From Azolla caroliniana (taxonomy: Eukaryota; Plantae; Polypodiophyta), in assembly GCA_043228905.1 (NCBI GenBank), contig JBHGNT010000001.1, positions 11,718,001 through 11,782,000 of the forward strand: a stretch of 64,000 nt of DNA. Direction: 5' to 3'. The notes below the pieces were generated by a model, which saw only the letters and a list, made by a program, of their open reading frames with translations, was not told the DNA's origin and ran no database searches. Positions 11,445 through 23,900 of this stretch are shown here, one piece after another. Numbering within the stretch: position 1 is the first letter of the stretch; every line of letters starts with the position of its first letter. The position numbers were made by a program, and so were the translations under genes.

Positions 11445-13907
11445 CTACTCCATATTGCTTGTCTCTCGAAGATATTGTCGCATTAGAGAAGTATTAGACT
11501 CCTCTGAATACTATCACAAAACAAAAACGTGATCTTTATTGGAAGGTGCACACGTTGAAGTGTATACCTCAAAAGAGATAAAATTAGTATTATTTATTAC
11601 CTTTATGGCTAATCTTCTCATATTATCCCACTCAAATTCTTCAGAAGCGTATGCACTCCGAACCTGATGGCCAAAAAGTCAAAATGGAAAAAAATGTTTT
11701 ACACCATATTGAACAGAATTTACATGCCAAAGAAATTACAAATACAATGTCTTACTTCCAAGATTCGCATAGCTGCATCACATGTAGAATAATGAACAAA
11801 GATTAGAAAGTTATGGCAAGAAGCTATAAAAACTCTATGCATAATAATTGACACGTTAATCTATTTTTATTATAAAAAAAACAAGGTACCAAAAGCAGAA
11901 CCTTATATCATACCTACCAGAGAGTCGTCATTTTTACTCCATATTAAATTTCCATCTATTCTATCTACGAGACAGTCATCATTTCCAGACAGATGATTTA
12001 ATTTATATTGGAGAGATGGAGATAGGTTTCTTTTGAAACAAACCACTGCCACCAATAGTACAATTTTGTAATAAATTTAAATGACCACTATATGAACAAA
12101 CATAGGGCATATGCCAAGATCAACAAGCATAGGGCGTAAGGCATTTCGCTAGGAAACAATGTAGATGGGCCTGAAGCATCGCATTCAAAATAAAGATGAA
12201 TAGCATGTTGGGCAGATGAAATATATAATACTTGGGAGTTTAGGTTGGGTATGATGCATGATGTTATGATCCTTTGAGAAATCCAATGATCTGACATTTG
12301 CAACCAAATGCAGTTAAAGAGATATATAATACTTGGGAGTTTAGGTTGGGCATGATGCATGATTGTCCATAACAGTTATGATCCTTTGAGCAATCCAATG
12401 ATCTGATAGTGGCAACCAAACACAGTAAACATAAGCTTCAGCCACGTGAGAAAGCTACAGAAAATGTGTGATAGTGGATCTGCAGTGCATCCACATCATC
12501 TGTTGCAGTGAATGTGTGATAATAGGAGTCGAATTCACTTAGCAAGCTAGAAAGCAAGTGAAAAAGCTACAGAAAATGTGTGATGGTGGATCTGCAGTGC
12601 ATCCACATCATCTGTTGCAGTGAATGTGTGACAATAGGAGTCGAATTCACTTAGCAAGCTAGAAAGCAAAACAAGAAAACTATACACTGCAATTTGTGAG
12701 TTATATAGTGGTCACACTAGGTTACCATCGTTACCAACATAAGGGGCATTGCTAGGAAGATTTAATAGACACTGCCAATACACAATCCACTGATCGTATA
12801 TTTACAATAAAAATGATGTACAACTACATGGTAAGGGCTTCGGTTACTAAATATTCAAATAAGAAATGAAATAATATCACCTAGTCCTTTAAGTCTGGGA
12901 GACTCCCTCAGAAGAGTAGCACAAAATTTATCTCCGTCATTCAAAGGTGTTCTTTCAGCAAATTCTTTAAGATCTTTATGTGCCTCTGGGTTATATTCCT
13001 GCCAAAGATGCAAAACTCAATATTGCATATAAACTAGTCTCTCTCTATATTTCACAATGGATAACTTGCATTCAGCTATATTAATAATCAAGATTAGTCT
13101 TATGGGTTCATTTGGACCTCGAAGAGATGGGTATGTATGTATGTGCGTGTTCATAAAAGCACGTGTGTTTGCTAGTGGATGTATGTATGTATATCTGTGG
13201 GCATAGGCATGAGCATAGGGAATGGGATTATGAGTGTGGGTGTATTTATGTATGTTTATAAGCGTTTGAAGTGTATAAATGTGTATGTAATCCATCTGTC
13301 AATATGTGGTATATACGTATCGCTTTGGTCTCATGGATATGAACATATTAGAAGTATTTCTTTATGTTGTACCTCAAGTTGTGCCAGAACAATCTGGACA
13401 GCCAAATATGTGAAGTAATTGTGGAGTGTTGTTGCAGCCTTGGATTCAGGTGATTGGCTAAAACCTAATAAAACAACGCATAAGATTCCCTTAAAATGGA
13501 TGATTTTGCAAACAAACATGTTTTCCTTTTAATCAAGGGCAAGATCATAGCATGAACCATCCAATAAAGTGATCATTTACACATATAAAGAAAAAAATTA
13601 ATCCAATTGTACACTAGTTAACATGCACGGAGGAAATTTTGATCAAATTGTAAACTTAAAGGGAATAAGTCAAAATCTATATTTTCCAACAGAAGTCACA
13701 AAAAAGAAGAACATGATCTTATTGTGAGAAAAGGCACATGCTTAACATACCTGGAACAAACATCTTGGATCGCGGAGAGAGAACGCGACGGCGAGAAGCA
13801 TTGGGAGCAATACCAGAAGATTTCCCACGGAAAATCAGATTAAATCCGGTAAAGCTGGATTGGGAGAGGAAGAGTTGTTGAGCGGGACAGAGAGAAATAG
13901 ACACCAT
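11445..13907 (-). CDS. RBCX1: Rubisco assembly chaperone RbcX (Arabidopsis RbcX1-like), chloroplastic, 170 aa
   Basis: Exons at 13907-13751, 13464-13373, 12998-12881, 11772-11756, 11663-11601 and 11510-11445; all GT-AG, 513 nt in total. The peptide has a Ser/Arg-rich transit peptide, then MFVPGFSQSPESKAATTLHNYFTYLAVQIVLAQLEEYNPEAHKDL..DGDKFCATLLRES..AMRILEVRSAYASEEFEWDNMRRLA..SNTSLMRQYLRETS. This matches RbcX1 as I recall it. Confidence 0.95.
12220..12670. repeat. two tandem duplications (~105 bp x2 and ~115 bp x2) in RbcX intron 3
   Basis: ATATATAATACTTGGGAGTTTAGGTTGGG occurs twice. AAAGCTACAGAAAATGTGTGA...TTAGCAAGCTAGAAAGCAA occurs twice. Confidence 0.85.
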
Positions 13908-15200
13908 GTTTGCTGCTTTGAGTGATCTCGGTCTGCCTATCTCTCTCTCTCTCTCTCTCTCTTTTTCTGACTCTGTTTCTCTCAGTTTTTGTCTCCACAA
14001 CTTTTTAAGTGTAAAAGAAAATCTCCCATTATTAGTTATATATATCATGATCTGTTTCACACGGGAAGACATTGAAGGGGCCCAAAACCATGGCTACTTT
14101 GAGACCACCCATTATCCATATGTATTTCTCGAATACACGAACCTACACATTTCAAAAGTTGATACCGGAGTGCCTCTCTCCGATTTCTGCTTGGGTGGAC
14201 ATTACTAGAATATGTTTTCCTTGAGCGAAAGCACCATAGAGCTAGTCTAAGAAATAAGTTGAATGTGGACATGCATACTAGCCTTTGTGTGCATTCGGGT
14301 TACTACATATGGGCATGTCTTTATCCTCAAGAATATATGCCTTATCACAAGCCCACACCATGCCTTTATTATCATTGTATTCTTCTTCTTCGCACTACAT
14401 TGGGATGTGACTATATTAGATTAGATTAGATGTTTTGTTGCATCCATGAGAAGCCAATACTAACCCATGAGACCCACCTTCTAAGACCACCCATGAGATG
14501 TTTTCAATATAGTCACAAATCCAACCCACCTTCAATTTTTCCTCGCCAAGTTTTCTTGATGTGTGTCCCCATCCTAAGAAGGGATATTCATACACTAAAC
14601 CACAAAGTCTCAATGTGTGATAAGGGCTTCCACATCTTAGCTCAACCTTATAGGTATGCACTTTAGTGTAACATTCAAGTCATCGCCCCCTCTTAATATG
14701 TCATCATAGCTTTCTTGAATTATACTATATGTTGAGCATGTAAAAAGCAAGTCATATTCTTCCTCTACAAGCCCTTCCTTTCATACCTTACATGCTTTTA
14801 TATTGAAATTTTTTTATGTCCTAATGCAACGTCAATACCCAAATTGTGTGAGGACTCTATGAGAGTTAACACTCATGTTAGCAATGAGATAAGGTTGAAT
14901 ACGATCAATAGGCATCCTTGCCTTATATTGAACCCAACATTCATGAGGGTTGATCTTTGCAATGTAATATTCTAATTTTGGTCGTTTAGCGTTTTCTCAC
15001 TTATTCCTAAGTGGTTCCATTAACCTTTCCTCAATAACTAAATGTTTCATAACATCGTGTGAAAGCTCTAAGAGATCTTCCATAGCCTATTGCATGAAAC
15101 ATTTTTATGTCAAGTACAAACCATATGAGAGAATTTTGCTTTTTTAATTCGTTTGTAGTCTATATGTAACATTTCAAGCAAGATGTGGTGATCTATGGTA

Positions 15201-15534
15201 TGTCATGAGGACATACATTTCGGCTTACAAGGATTCGAACCCACAACTTCTTGGCCTATATGTTAAACCTTTAACCATTATAATAACATATATGAAGTAT
15301 AGTCATAATAATTATATTATTAACTATTATAAGATATTTAGAGTATTCTAGAACATTCTAGAATACTCCATAAGGACCTATAAATAACTATTTATTCATT
15401 CATTAGAACTCATTCGGATCAACACCAACCTTCACCCCTTAGCCTACTCTTTGTAACCCTTGCTCTCTTATAATATAAACTCCTTCCCGTTTCTTTCTTT
15501 CTCTCTCTCTCTCTCTCTCTCTTTTGGTGAAAAC
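15201..15534 (+). mobile_element. probable solo LTR carrying a tRNA-like box and a heat-shock element
   Basis: Starts with TGTCATG. Contains CTATAAATA at ~15378 and a pyrimidine-rich 3' part, and ends near AAACA. No TSD found. Confidence 0.4.
15341..15368. promoter_or_regulatory. perfect four-unit heat shock element within a 28-bp palindrome
   Basis: GAGTATTCTAGAACATTCTAGAATACTC matches TTCnnGAAnnTTCnnGAA, about 10 bp upstream of a TATA-like motif. Confidence 0.55.
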
Positions 15535-15559
15535 ACACAATTATATTAATAAATGTGTG

Positions 15560-18500
15560 TAAAAAACACTACTTACAATGGGTGTGACTATGGAGTATGG
15601 TCACCCACTAACTACACTACATGGGTAGTGGAACATGTTGAATTGCCAATAGGCAAGATGAACAGTCCACCGGGAAAAGAATTTCGACTTACTCCAATAA
15701 AGAAAATTGCCACATTAGTACTCCCTTCAACTTTCGTAGATATTCTTTTACTCCATGTCTACCATTGAATACAAAAGCGTTGTGTATATTCCAATTATGA
15801 CGCAATCCCCAATATCTCAGAAATAGAAAAACGATCTCCATCTTTGATTTTGGGTCAACCTGTGTAAATTGTGCAAACACCCACTGTCTAGGTGTCAAAT
15901 AACACTGTGATAAGACTTGCCAAATTTGAGAAATGTAACTTCAAATCTGACAATCAATTGGACATTGTATAAATCGATGAGTACTATCTTCCATTTGAAC
16001 AGTGCAAAAAAAGCAATTACCCGTTGCTAATCCATGACGCTTTAGAGCTAATCCCAAAGGCAATCCTCCAATCAAAACTCTCCAAATGAAGACCTTTGCT
16101 ACAAGTGGCAATTTAGAATGCCAACTACGTTGTAAGATCTGTCACCACCCATGATCGAATTTGTGTATTCTCCATTCTTCTTCAGCCTTAGATGATAACC
16201 ATAGTATGTAAAATTCGTGTTCTTCTACCATAACATTCGTTTTACTATGTTGGAAAACGAATGCGAATGTTATTCAAACATTCTTGTTTTTTTTTCATTT
16301 TTTAGGCTTATTTACCTCATAATAAATAGTAATCCTAAAGTATGGTATTTATCATTATTTGAGGGTGTTTATCATACTCGAATGATTGAAACATTCACGA
16401 GTGCAAATGCACGTATGGTATGTATGGTTCATACTATGATGATAACCATCCAAGAGACTCAACAGAGCAATGATACAAAAGATTAGTAGTCACTTGTAAC
16501 AAAGACGTTTGACCCTTTAAACATCAATCAATCCATGATTGTTCTCCTGTTTGTAGAGGTAAGGGACATTGCATCAATGGAATATTTTGTAGTTGTTGCC
16601 AAATAAACCCATAATTAGGCGGAATGCGTAATAATTGTCGCACTTCAACAAACTCCAAAATTAGTTGAGATGAAGCCTCAACTATATCTCCCACCTCTTT
16701 GGCCCCCAAACGAAACAAACAATTAAATTGAGAGTGTAATCTCTCCTTTATTGGCCAACATATTAGCCAAGAAGACACAAGCAACTCTTTTTGCAAAGAA
16801 TTACGATGCTCTCTCCTAGATGATGGTTTCCATATACTTAACAAGAGTGCTTCTTGCCACGAGGTAACCAAGTGTTGAACACATGTAGAGCTCGGAATCC
16901 TAAGTGAAATACATCAATTCAATAATTGCCACCATGAAGCCTTAATCGTTGTCCTCCCTTGTTCTAAATGAAATATTGAACAATAAATATCCATGGTTGT
17001 GAGTTTGAACACATGTCTTGTAATAATGAAAATCTACGAGCCATTATATGCTTAGATAAGTTCAATATTCCAGTTCCCCCCAAGCGCTTAGGGGTTGCTA
17101 AATGATTCCACGCAACCCAAATGATTCCCATCTTATCCCTCTTCTTCCACAACAATATATCGAAGAGGTTGCAAAATAGAATGCAAAGCTTTCTTTGACC
17201 ATGGCAACAATGACAAGTAATATAATATAATGGGTTCCTTCAAGCGTACATGAAATGACCAAGATTGTGACTTCCAATAGATGAACTTATCCCTCAACTT
17301 ACTAGATATCCATTCAATCAATTGATCGTTTGTAACATTCATTCCTAATGGATAGCCCAAGTGTCGAAAAATAGAGCCTTTCTTCACCACAAATCCTTGC
17401 CATCCTAAACATTCCAAATCCCTTTCAGTACATGATATGAGACTAGACTTCCTCCAATTAATATGTAATCCGGAAACCAATGCAAATTGGTTCCATACAA
17501 GCATCCCCTTCTCAAGATTCTCTCGTGAGGTTTGTAGAAACATGAAAGAATCATCAACCAAAGCTTGTGCTACTAGTTGCCCTCCAGACAGATTCTGAAG
17601 GTGTAGACCCACAATGTCACCATTTGTTGCAAGCCTTGATAACATCACTAACAAGGTATGAGTAACAATAGCAAAGAACAATGGGCTAAGAGGGCATCCT
17701 TGACGAATGGATCTTGTGAGGGCAATATCTGATGTAACTCCCCCATTAAGCATTACTCGAGACACCACATCTTGTCCTAATAAAATATGAGGCGAGACAT
17801 ACGAGGTCCAAAGCCCATTATATGCATTAACCCCCCAAAAAAGTACCAATTAACATGATCATAAGCTTTCTCCAAATCTAATTGCACCATAATCAATTCT
17901 TGATGAGTGTTTCGAGCATAATCCATGGCCACTTGAACATTCAACACATTATGCAATATATTCCTACCTGCAATAAAACCATATTGGGCGAGATGTATCA
18001 ACTTTGGCAAATACTTTTGTAATCTATTTGCCAAGACCTTTGTAAATATTTTATACAACCCCCCCATCAAAGAAATAGGTCTCCATTGATGAAATGACTC
18101 GGGAGATGCCACCTTTGGAACTAATTTAATTAGACCAACCTTCCAAGCTTGAGGCATACGACTAGAATCCCAAGAATGTTGAAACATCAAAGTTAAGGGA
18201 CCCTTTAAAATGTTCGAATATCACTTAAGAACTTCATTTGACAAGCCATCCCAACTAGGGCTCTTACCACTAGGAAGATGCCTTAAAACTGTGTCCACCT
18301 CATCCATAGTGAAATCCGCATCCAATTCATGACTAATGAGGTCATGGACAATACATCCAACCACATCATAAAACTCATGACGTGCTCTACTCACCTCATT
18401 TGTCATTAAAAATTGTGGGCCAATCAACTCCTTAAAGTAATGAACACATACGTCAATTATTGTAGTGGGATCCACTATCCATTCATCCCCTTGCTTCATG

Positions 18501-18707
18501 TGTACCACATTAGATCGAGCATAAGTAGGATGTAACGCTTGAAAAAACAAATGAGATTGACATTGATTATCTATGATCCCATCCCTCAGTTGTTGCATCT
18601 TCACATAACGATAACTTTGGCATTGCAACTGAGAAATAATAACATGTAATTGACTTTGGATATCCAAAAGCTCCTCATCTAATGGTGCATGTATCAATAA
18701 TGCACAT
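15560..18707 (-). mobile_element. L1-type LINE ORF2, 3' part (RT and zf-RVT), degenerate
   Basis: KSPSWDG, WRPISL..YKIFTKVLANRL, QLDLEKAYDHV, RQGCPLSPL, LVDD, LATPKRLGGTGI and C-terminal CFFC..EDSTHRFIQC. Contains frameshifts and stops. Confidence 0.9.
16200..16438. mobile_element. non-autonomous hAT element (MITE) inserted in the LINE
   Basis: TIR CATAGTATG...CATACTATG. Perfect 8-bp TSD ATGATAAC at 16192-16199 and 16439-16446. Confidence 0.85.
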
Positions 18708-20177
18708 GAGGTATGGGTACAATGAGTACATGGCGCATCACTATGCGTACATGACTAAGGTGGCGAAAGTGTGTGAGTCGGAGAGCTAAGCCAAAGCAGC
18801 AAAAGACACAAATTGGTGTGTTGCTATGGAGGAAGACATGCGGGCACTTGATGCCAACGACACTTGGGACCTGGTTGACCCTCCTCGACATTGTAAACCG
18901 ATCGGTTGTAAGTGGGTATATAAGGTGAAGTACAATGCCGACGGTTTGGTCAACCGGTACAAGGCCCGGTTAGTGACGACGAGATACACACAGACCCACG
19001 GAATCGACCACGATGAGACCTTCACTCTGGTACCGAAGATGACAATGGTTCACGTGGTGCTGGCGGTTGTTGCGGCAAGGGGATGACATCTTCATCAGAT
19101 GGATGTGAAGAATGCGTTTCTTCAAGGTGACCTTGAAGAACGGGTCTATATGATCCAACCCCCCGGTTTCCAATCGGAGATGAACAAGTTGGCAGTGTAC
19201 CGACTCAAGAAGTCGCTTTACGGTCTGAAGAAAACCCCCCGAGCCTAGAATGCAAAGATCACGCACCGGATGCGTAAGATGGGGTTTGCGGCCTCAAAGT
19301 CCGACTCATCACTGTTCATCCGGATGGTCTAGTTTGTATCCTGCTATATGTAGATGATTTGGTCATCACCGGACCTAGACTCGATGAAATCGGTCGACTG
19401 AAGTCCCAGTTGTCGAACGCATTTGAAATGAAGGACCTAGGGGACCTTCATTATTTTTTTGGGATCGAGGTGATCCGGACCCTCAACGACATATTTCTCT
19501 CACAACGCCATTATGTGTTGAATATGTTGTACAAGTTCGGCATGACGGAATGCCGAGTGATCTCCACACCCCTGGACCAGAACCTGAAGCTATGTCCCTA
19601 CCCTGGACCGGCATGCGATGAGAAACGGTTGTGAAAAATTGTTCGAAGACTTATATACTTAATGATCACCCGATCCGACATCAGTTATCCAGTCGGGGTG
19701 ATCAACCGGTTTATGTAGAAGCCGACAGAGGAGCACCTTCAGTGCGTGTCTCGACTATTGTGTTATGTGAGCGGCACGAAGGATCGGGGACTGTTATACT
19801 GACACAATGTATAGTTGGGGAGCTAGTCAGATATGTTGATGCCGACTAGGCTAGTGATGTATCACATCACCAATCCACCTTCGGATATATGTTTTCTCTC
19901 GGTAGCGCGGCCGTTGCATGGAGCAACAAAAAATAGCCAACAATGGCTCTGTCGAGCACTGAGGTTCAATACCAGGGCGCTACCATTGCCACCTATAAAG
20001 CCATCTAGCTTCGGCGACTACTGCGAGACCTCCAAATCGAGGTGCCGACCTCGATCCTTGTCTACTACGACAATGTCAGCAACATACAACTTCGCCAAGA
20101 ACCTTGTCTTCCATGTGTTGGGATTTCGGTCCCTCCGGATGGGATGTCCGGAGATGAATGACGGCAAGCCCGGTTGC

Positions 20178-20429
20178 GGTTACGGAGCCGGATGACGAAG
20201 ACCCTGGCTACGGAGCCGGATGACGAAGACCCTGGCTACGGAGCCGGATGACGAAGACCCTGGCTACGGAGCCGGATGATGAAGACCCCGGCTACGGGGC
20301 CGGATGATGAATACCCCGGCTACGGAGCCGGATGCTGAAGACCCCGACTACGGGGCCGGATGATGAATACCCCGGCTACGGAGCCGGATGCTGAAGACCC
20401 CGGTTACGGAGCCGGATGACGAATGTACC
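20178..20429 (+). repeat. 28-bp tandem repeat x9 in the 5' LTR U3
   Basis: Unit GGCTACGGAGCCGGATGACGAAGACCCT and variants. Confidence 0.92.
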
Positions 20430-20947
20430 CGGAGAGAGATCCGGATGCGGGGACATATTTGTGAATATGTTTGCCAAGAGCCCTTGAGGCTATATTTGTA
20501 AATAGCCCGAAAGTCATATGTGTATAAATATGACTTAGGGCAAACAGTTTTGGAGTTGCTGCTCATTTTTGTTTTCCACTCAAGAGGAGTGAAGAGAGAG
20601 AGCAGCCGTGAGAGAGAGAGAGAGAGATAGAGCGTGAGAGAGGAAGAGGTCGACACCTCTGTGTATTTCCGCCGCCTGTGGCGAGGACAGCGAGCTCAAG
20701 GTCGTCGCCTTGCAGCTCGCCATTGTATACTTCTCTGTGCATAGTTTTTGGTTTGGAGTCTTGTACTCCCGTGGTTTTTTTCCCGTACAGGGTTTTCCAC
20801 GATAAATCGTGTGTCCACTCTATCTTTCGCATTTCCTATTTTTCTGCAACAACGATTCGTGTGTTTCCTTGGTTGTGGCCGAGAGGTGAAGGTGAATCGG
20901 AGCGTCGATTTCTAACAAAGTGGTATCAGAGCGAACTGCTGCAGAAA

Positions 20948-23900
20948 ATGGAAGGCGGCGGCAGCGGGCAGCCGGGGATGATGGTGCTGAATGCGCAGAA
21001 TTACGCCGACTGGAAGATCAAGATGGAGGATCTTCTGATTGTTCGGGACCTGTACGAACCGATTGATAGGTCGGAAATACCGAAAGGGGTACTTGAGTCG
21101 GAATGGAGGCTTCTGAACCGGAAAGCCGTTGCAACCATTCGGCAATACGTAGACGTGAGCGTTCTACAACATGTGGCGAACGACGTCAACGCATATGAGA
21201 TGTGGCGGAAGCTGTCGGGCCTCTACGAGAGGAAGAATGCGTTGAACCGGACCTCCCTGATGAGGAAGATAGTGAACCTCAAGTACCGGGACGGCGAGAG
21301 TATGGTGGAACACGTAAGCACGTTCATGGGATTCGTGAACCAGCTTGCGGCGATCAAGTTCCCGCTGGAGGATGCAATGCAAGCCATCATTCTGATGTGT
21401 ACATTGCCGGAAAGCTGGGAGAACTTGGTGGTGACTCTCAGCACCTCCTGCACCGAAGATAACTTGTCTCTACAAACGGTAAAGACAAGTATTTTGAACG
21501 AAGAAGCGCGTCGGAGAGATAAGGAACCGGCCTCCGACTCAAAGGCGCTGCTTACCGAATCGGAACGGGGAAGACAATGGAACCGGAGTCCACAAAGACG
21601 GGAGAAGTCGGGGACCCGGTCGCAGTCAAGAGGAAGACCCACATGCTTCCACTGTGGGAAGCCGGGGCACTTCCGGAAGAATTGTCGGCATTACCGAAAG
21701 GACAACGGAGCCGACGACACCGATTCGAAGAAGTCACCGGAGAGAAACGGTGCATACCGGGGAGCCACGGACCGGAGAGGTCCGGATCGGCGAGGGCAGG
21801 ACCGGAAAGGAACGACGGCACTCGCGGCAAGTGAAGAAGAGATAATGCTCATTACCGAAGAGAGGGAGCTGAACCTTGCCGGTGAAGAGATGACCTGGGT
21901 GGTCGATTCCGGAGCGTCGTTCCACCTGACCCCGGAGAAGAAATACTTCTCATCCTACACAGCCGGTGAGCATGGCTGTGTCCGGATGGGAAATGAAGGT
22001 ACGTGCCGGATTGCCGGCATAGGAGACGTGTGGCTGATGACATCAACCGGATGCAAGATGCTGCTGAAGGATGTCCGTCACGTTCCGGAGGTTCGATTGA
22101 ACCTGATTTCGGCCGGGAGGCTAGACGATGAAGGCTACACAGGTAGCATCAGGAACGGCGTAATGAAGTTCAGCAAGGGGAGCCTGATAGTGGCTCGGGC
22201 CCGGAAGGTCAACACAATGTACCTGATGAATTCCTGGCTATGTCCGGAGGAGCTGAACGTGGCAGCTGACACTGCCGGTGAGCTATGGCACAAGAGACTG
22301 TGCCACATGAGCGAGAAGGGGATGAAGAGACTTGCCGAAGACAACCTGATACCGGTAAAGCACGTACACTTGGAGAAGTGCACCGATTGCCTGGCCGGTA
22401 AGCAGAACCGAACTTCCTTCCACTCAAGGCCACCGACGAGACGTAGCGCACCATTGGAGTTGGTGCACACTGATGTGTGTCAGGTAGAAACGAAGTCACA
22501 TGGCGGAGCCCAGTACTTCGTAACATTCATCGATGATCATAGCCGAAAACTGTGGACGGCACCGATGAAGACAAAGGACCAAGTGTTGTGCGTCTTCAAA
22601 GAACTCCACGCGAGAGTGGAAAGGGAATCCGGCAAGAAGCTGAAAGCGATACGAGCGGATAACGGAGGGGAATACCGGGGGCAGTTCCAGGAGTACTGTC
22701 GCTCGAAGGGAATCCGACTCGAGTTTACTGTGCCGAAGACGCCGGAACTGAACGGGCTGGCCGAGAGGATGAACCGGACCATAATGGAGAGGGTTCGGAG
22801 TATGCTGGCGCATGCGAAATTACCCAAGGGGTTTTGGGCTGAGGCAATGTCGACGGCGACATATGTGATAAACCGATCACCCTCAGTACCTTTGGACGGA
22901 GACACGCCGCAGAGAGTGTGGACCGGTAGGGAAGTATCCTACCGGCATCTGAAGGTGTTCGGGTGTCTCGCATACGTGCATGTGGCAAAGGACCGGAGAG
23001 GAAAGTTAGATCCAAAGACCCGGCCATGCATATTCCTCGGTTACGGCGACGACGAGTTCGGCTACCGAGTATGGGACCCGGTCGACAAGAAGATATTCAG
23101 GAGTCGAGATATCATCTTCATGGAGGACAAGACGCTCGCCGACTGGGAGTCGGAGAAGAAGATGAAGAGCTCCAAGTCGACCGGTGAGGATAAACTCTAC
23201 GAGGAGCAGTCCCGACCGGCAAGGGACCGGTTAACACTCGAAGACCCGGCCGAAGACGGTGAAGAAACAGAACCGGCCGAAGAAGATGAAAATGATACCG
23301 GAACCGGCCCCGATCCCGAAATGGATTCGGATGAAGAAGAAGAATCGGAAGAACCGGTTACCGAAGCTCCCGAACGGAGATATCCTCTAAGAGAGAGAAG
23401 GGCCCCCCGGAGATTTCCGGAACCAGAGCATGTGCTGCTAACCGACGAGGGGGAGCCGGAGAGCTTTGAAGAAGCAAAACATGACACCCAGAGCCGCAGG
23501 TGGTTGAGTGCCATGCAGGACGAGATGGATTCCCTGCATGAGAACCACACATATGAACTTGTGGAGTTGCCGAAAGGAAAGCGGGCACTTCGAAACAAGT
23601 GGGTGTTCAAGCTGAAACCGGGAGATGCCGGAAACCCCCCGAGATACAAAGCCAGGATCGTGGTGAAGGGGTTTCAGCAGAAGAAGGGCGTCGACTTCGA
23701 CGAGATATTTGCCCCGGTAGTGAAGATGACCTCCATCCGGACGGTGCTGAGCATAGCGGCAAGCATGGACCTCGAGGTAGAACAGATGGACGTGAAGACG
23801 GCATTCCTTCACGGTGACCTCGAAGAAGAGATCTACATGCAGCAACCGGAAGGATTCGAGAAGAAAGGGAAGGAGCACCTGGTATGCCGGTTGAAAAAGA

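Noticed and set aside
13908-14072. N-terminal extension of RbcX in the ORF track
   Set aside because: It runs through a (GA)n 5' UTR. The transit-peptide-like sequence starts at the ATG at 13907.
15222-15282. functional tRNA gene
   Set aside because: Only A/B-box-like motifs are present; I could not form a complete cloverleaf.
20178-20429. 28-bp repeats as a CRISPR array
   Set aside because: The units are head-to-tail with no unique spacers, lie inside LTRs, have no cas genes nearby, and the context is eukaryotic.
20678-20947. N-terminal 90 aa of the 1448-aa ORF
   Set aside because: It starts at a non-ATG codon inside the LTR and runs through the PBS. The plausible start is the ATG at 20948.
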